From Antedon mediterranea (lineage: Eukaryota > Animalia > Echinodermata): a stretch of DNA of 64,000 bases. A model generated the notes under the pieces. The model was not told the origin of the DNA. It worked only from the letters and a program-made list of their open reading frames with translations, and did no database searches. The stretch's first letter is position 1; every line of letters begins with the position of its first letter. Position numbers and translations under genes: made by a program. Where the stretch lies: contig NC_092673.1 of assembly GCF_964355755.1 (NCBI RefSeq), forward strand, positions 35,585,648 through 35,649,647, given 5' to 3'. Shown here piece by piece: positions 62,266 through 64,000 of this stretch.

Positions 62266-62759
62266 CTGTAAATATCAATATACACTTAATGGACTTGATG
62301 ATGTTGTTGCTTACATACAACAAATACAATTTTAGTTAATTCATTTAGTTTAAAGTATAACTTGCAATAATAGTGTTCCATAGCATATCTACAGTTAGGG
62401 CGTTTGTTGTATGAGAGGATGCATCTGGTGGGTAAATATCTGTGATAATACTGCATATGGCTCAGTGGTCTAACGATATGATGGTCACTGGTTCTTACCC
62501 TATCCAGAGAACTTTTTTCATACAACTAAAAAATATGGAACTTTTCCACAGTATACACAGTATTATTTTTAAAAACCTGTTGAATTTGTAAAATGTGGAA
62601 CACTGTACAGTAGATATTTTGGTTTGATTAACTACCGTAGTAATGAATAAAATATTGATTGCATAATAACATAATAAATTATTATCCTAATTAAAAACTT
62701 TCATGAAAAGATATAGTTTTAAAGTCCTATTGAAGAAAACAAACATAACATATGCATAC

Positions 62760-63287
62760 ATTTTGTTAGAACTTCTTCAGGTTCTCCAAGCTTCAAGATA
62801 CCTAATTTCTCGATAAATAGTTGCATATTTCCTTCACTGATGATCTGTCTGTTTTCAAGATCATTAATCAGATCCCATTTATCTTCATAAGATGTTGGTG
62901 CCTCATTAACAAGATCACTGATGGATTCCACATTTTTTGTGGTCAGCTTATTTCCAAATTCTACCAACATGCATCTGTGACGACTATATTTTGAAACGGA
63001 AATCTCCTCGACATTTGGGAATGTTACAACTTCCTCTTGAATTTTTCTTACTAATTCAAATTCTCCTGTTACATTGATGGTGTCAAAAAACAATGTGAGA
63101 TCTTTGCTTGTCAGATGATTAGATTCAATTAAGAATTCCAGCAGGTCTATCGTGCTAGATGCCTTGTCTAGCATATGAGGAAGCAGAAGGGGTTTGTACA
63201 AGGTTTTCAGCAAACTGATTGAATCCCTCTTGTCATACCAGCGAGAAAATTCTGCTTTAATGTAGGTAAAAATAAAATCTCGTACTC
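62760..63287 (-). CDS. Exon encoding tandem death effector domain (DED)-like folds
   Basis: TCTAG|..|GTATGC, 528 nt; DLLEFLIESNHLTSKDLTLF and RCMLVEFGNKLT...DLINDLENRQIISEGNMQLFIEKL follow the DED helix pattern. Confidence 0.78.
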
Positions 63288-63669
63288 CTAGATTGAAAAG
63301 AGAAGTTGAACTAAAAATGGTTTTAACATATTTGTTTTCAGAAAAAGCAACAACTATGAAAGACGCATACTACTGTACTACGTAACACATATTTGGCTCC
63401 TATGGTGAAAATCATGCTCTCATCTGACATTGTCTATTTGACATTGTCTATAACTATTTAAAGTACCTTGCTTTGATGTGATGTGAACTAATAATAATGA
63501 TGGTCTGAAAATCAATCTAATATTGTATAATTAATTCTAATATTATTACAAAATGTGGCCTGGTAAACTTTGCATGATCATTTTCATCACAGATTACATA
63601 AACCAAAATAATATTGAGTGTTGTCTGTTGTGGTGTAAATTATGAATTTATTTCCTTTAAACTCGTCAC

Positions 63670-63801
63670 CCTCGTTTGAAACAGATACTTTTTCATGTTC
63701 CATTTCTTTTGTTTGTTTCTTCTGATATTCTGTTTCTAGTACAGCAAACTTTTTTAAGTCATTAAGCATCTGTTTTAACAGTTGATGATAGTTTGGTACA
63801 A
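63670..63801 (-). CDS. Upstream exon (132 nt, helical); gene start lies beyond the window
   Basis: TTTTTAAAG|..|GTGACG; VPNYHQLLKQMLNDLKKFAVLETEYQKKQ. Confidence 0.55.
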
Positions 63802-64000
63802 CTTTAAAAACAAATTCAAAAGAACAAATAGAAATATTATAATCACTGAAATTTTAAATATTTAGTTGCAAAGTACTGTATGCATACTTTATTTTCCCTA
63901 AATCTTTTATTTGATAACTTTTTTAAATGTGTTTTTTATTTAAGCTTTTTATGATTATATACTCTATCAAGAATGTGCTTCTTTAACGTATATAAAAATA

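Overview
AT-rich animal genomic DNA with spliceosomal introns, probably a marine invertebrate (a Deu-type SINE and a DED/LRR gene suggest a deuterostome; this is inference). The window is dominated by nested transposons. The key feature is a 14.57-kb element (15851-30420) with Maverick/Polinton-type ends (AGTAGT...ACTACT, flanked by a 6-bp AGCGCT duplication). It is one giant palindrome: two ~7.3-kb near-identical arms fold at an imperfect central hairpin with a TTC/GAA 3-nt loop. It shows no pPolB, integrase, ATPase or capsid gene. Each arm carries an unknown Cys/His protein and an intact 3-exon gene fusing two PC4 ssDNA-binding domains to an ALKBH2-type DNA demethylase. At the right end is a minus-strand, multi-exon NLR-like gene with tandem DED, a captured ubiquitin and nine 59-aa hypervariable LRR units, with no NACHT between DED and LRR. 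The window also holds three CR1/L2-group LINEs (one nested in another, with ORF1 and ORF2 in frame across a single TGA), Helitron- and Helentron-like elements, tRNA-Val(AAC)-derived repeats, several MITEs with TSDs, a Penelope-like hammerhead remnant and three minisatellites. All calls come from reading the sequence; no database searches were run.
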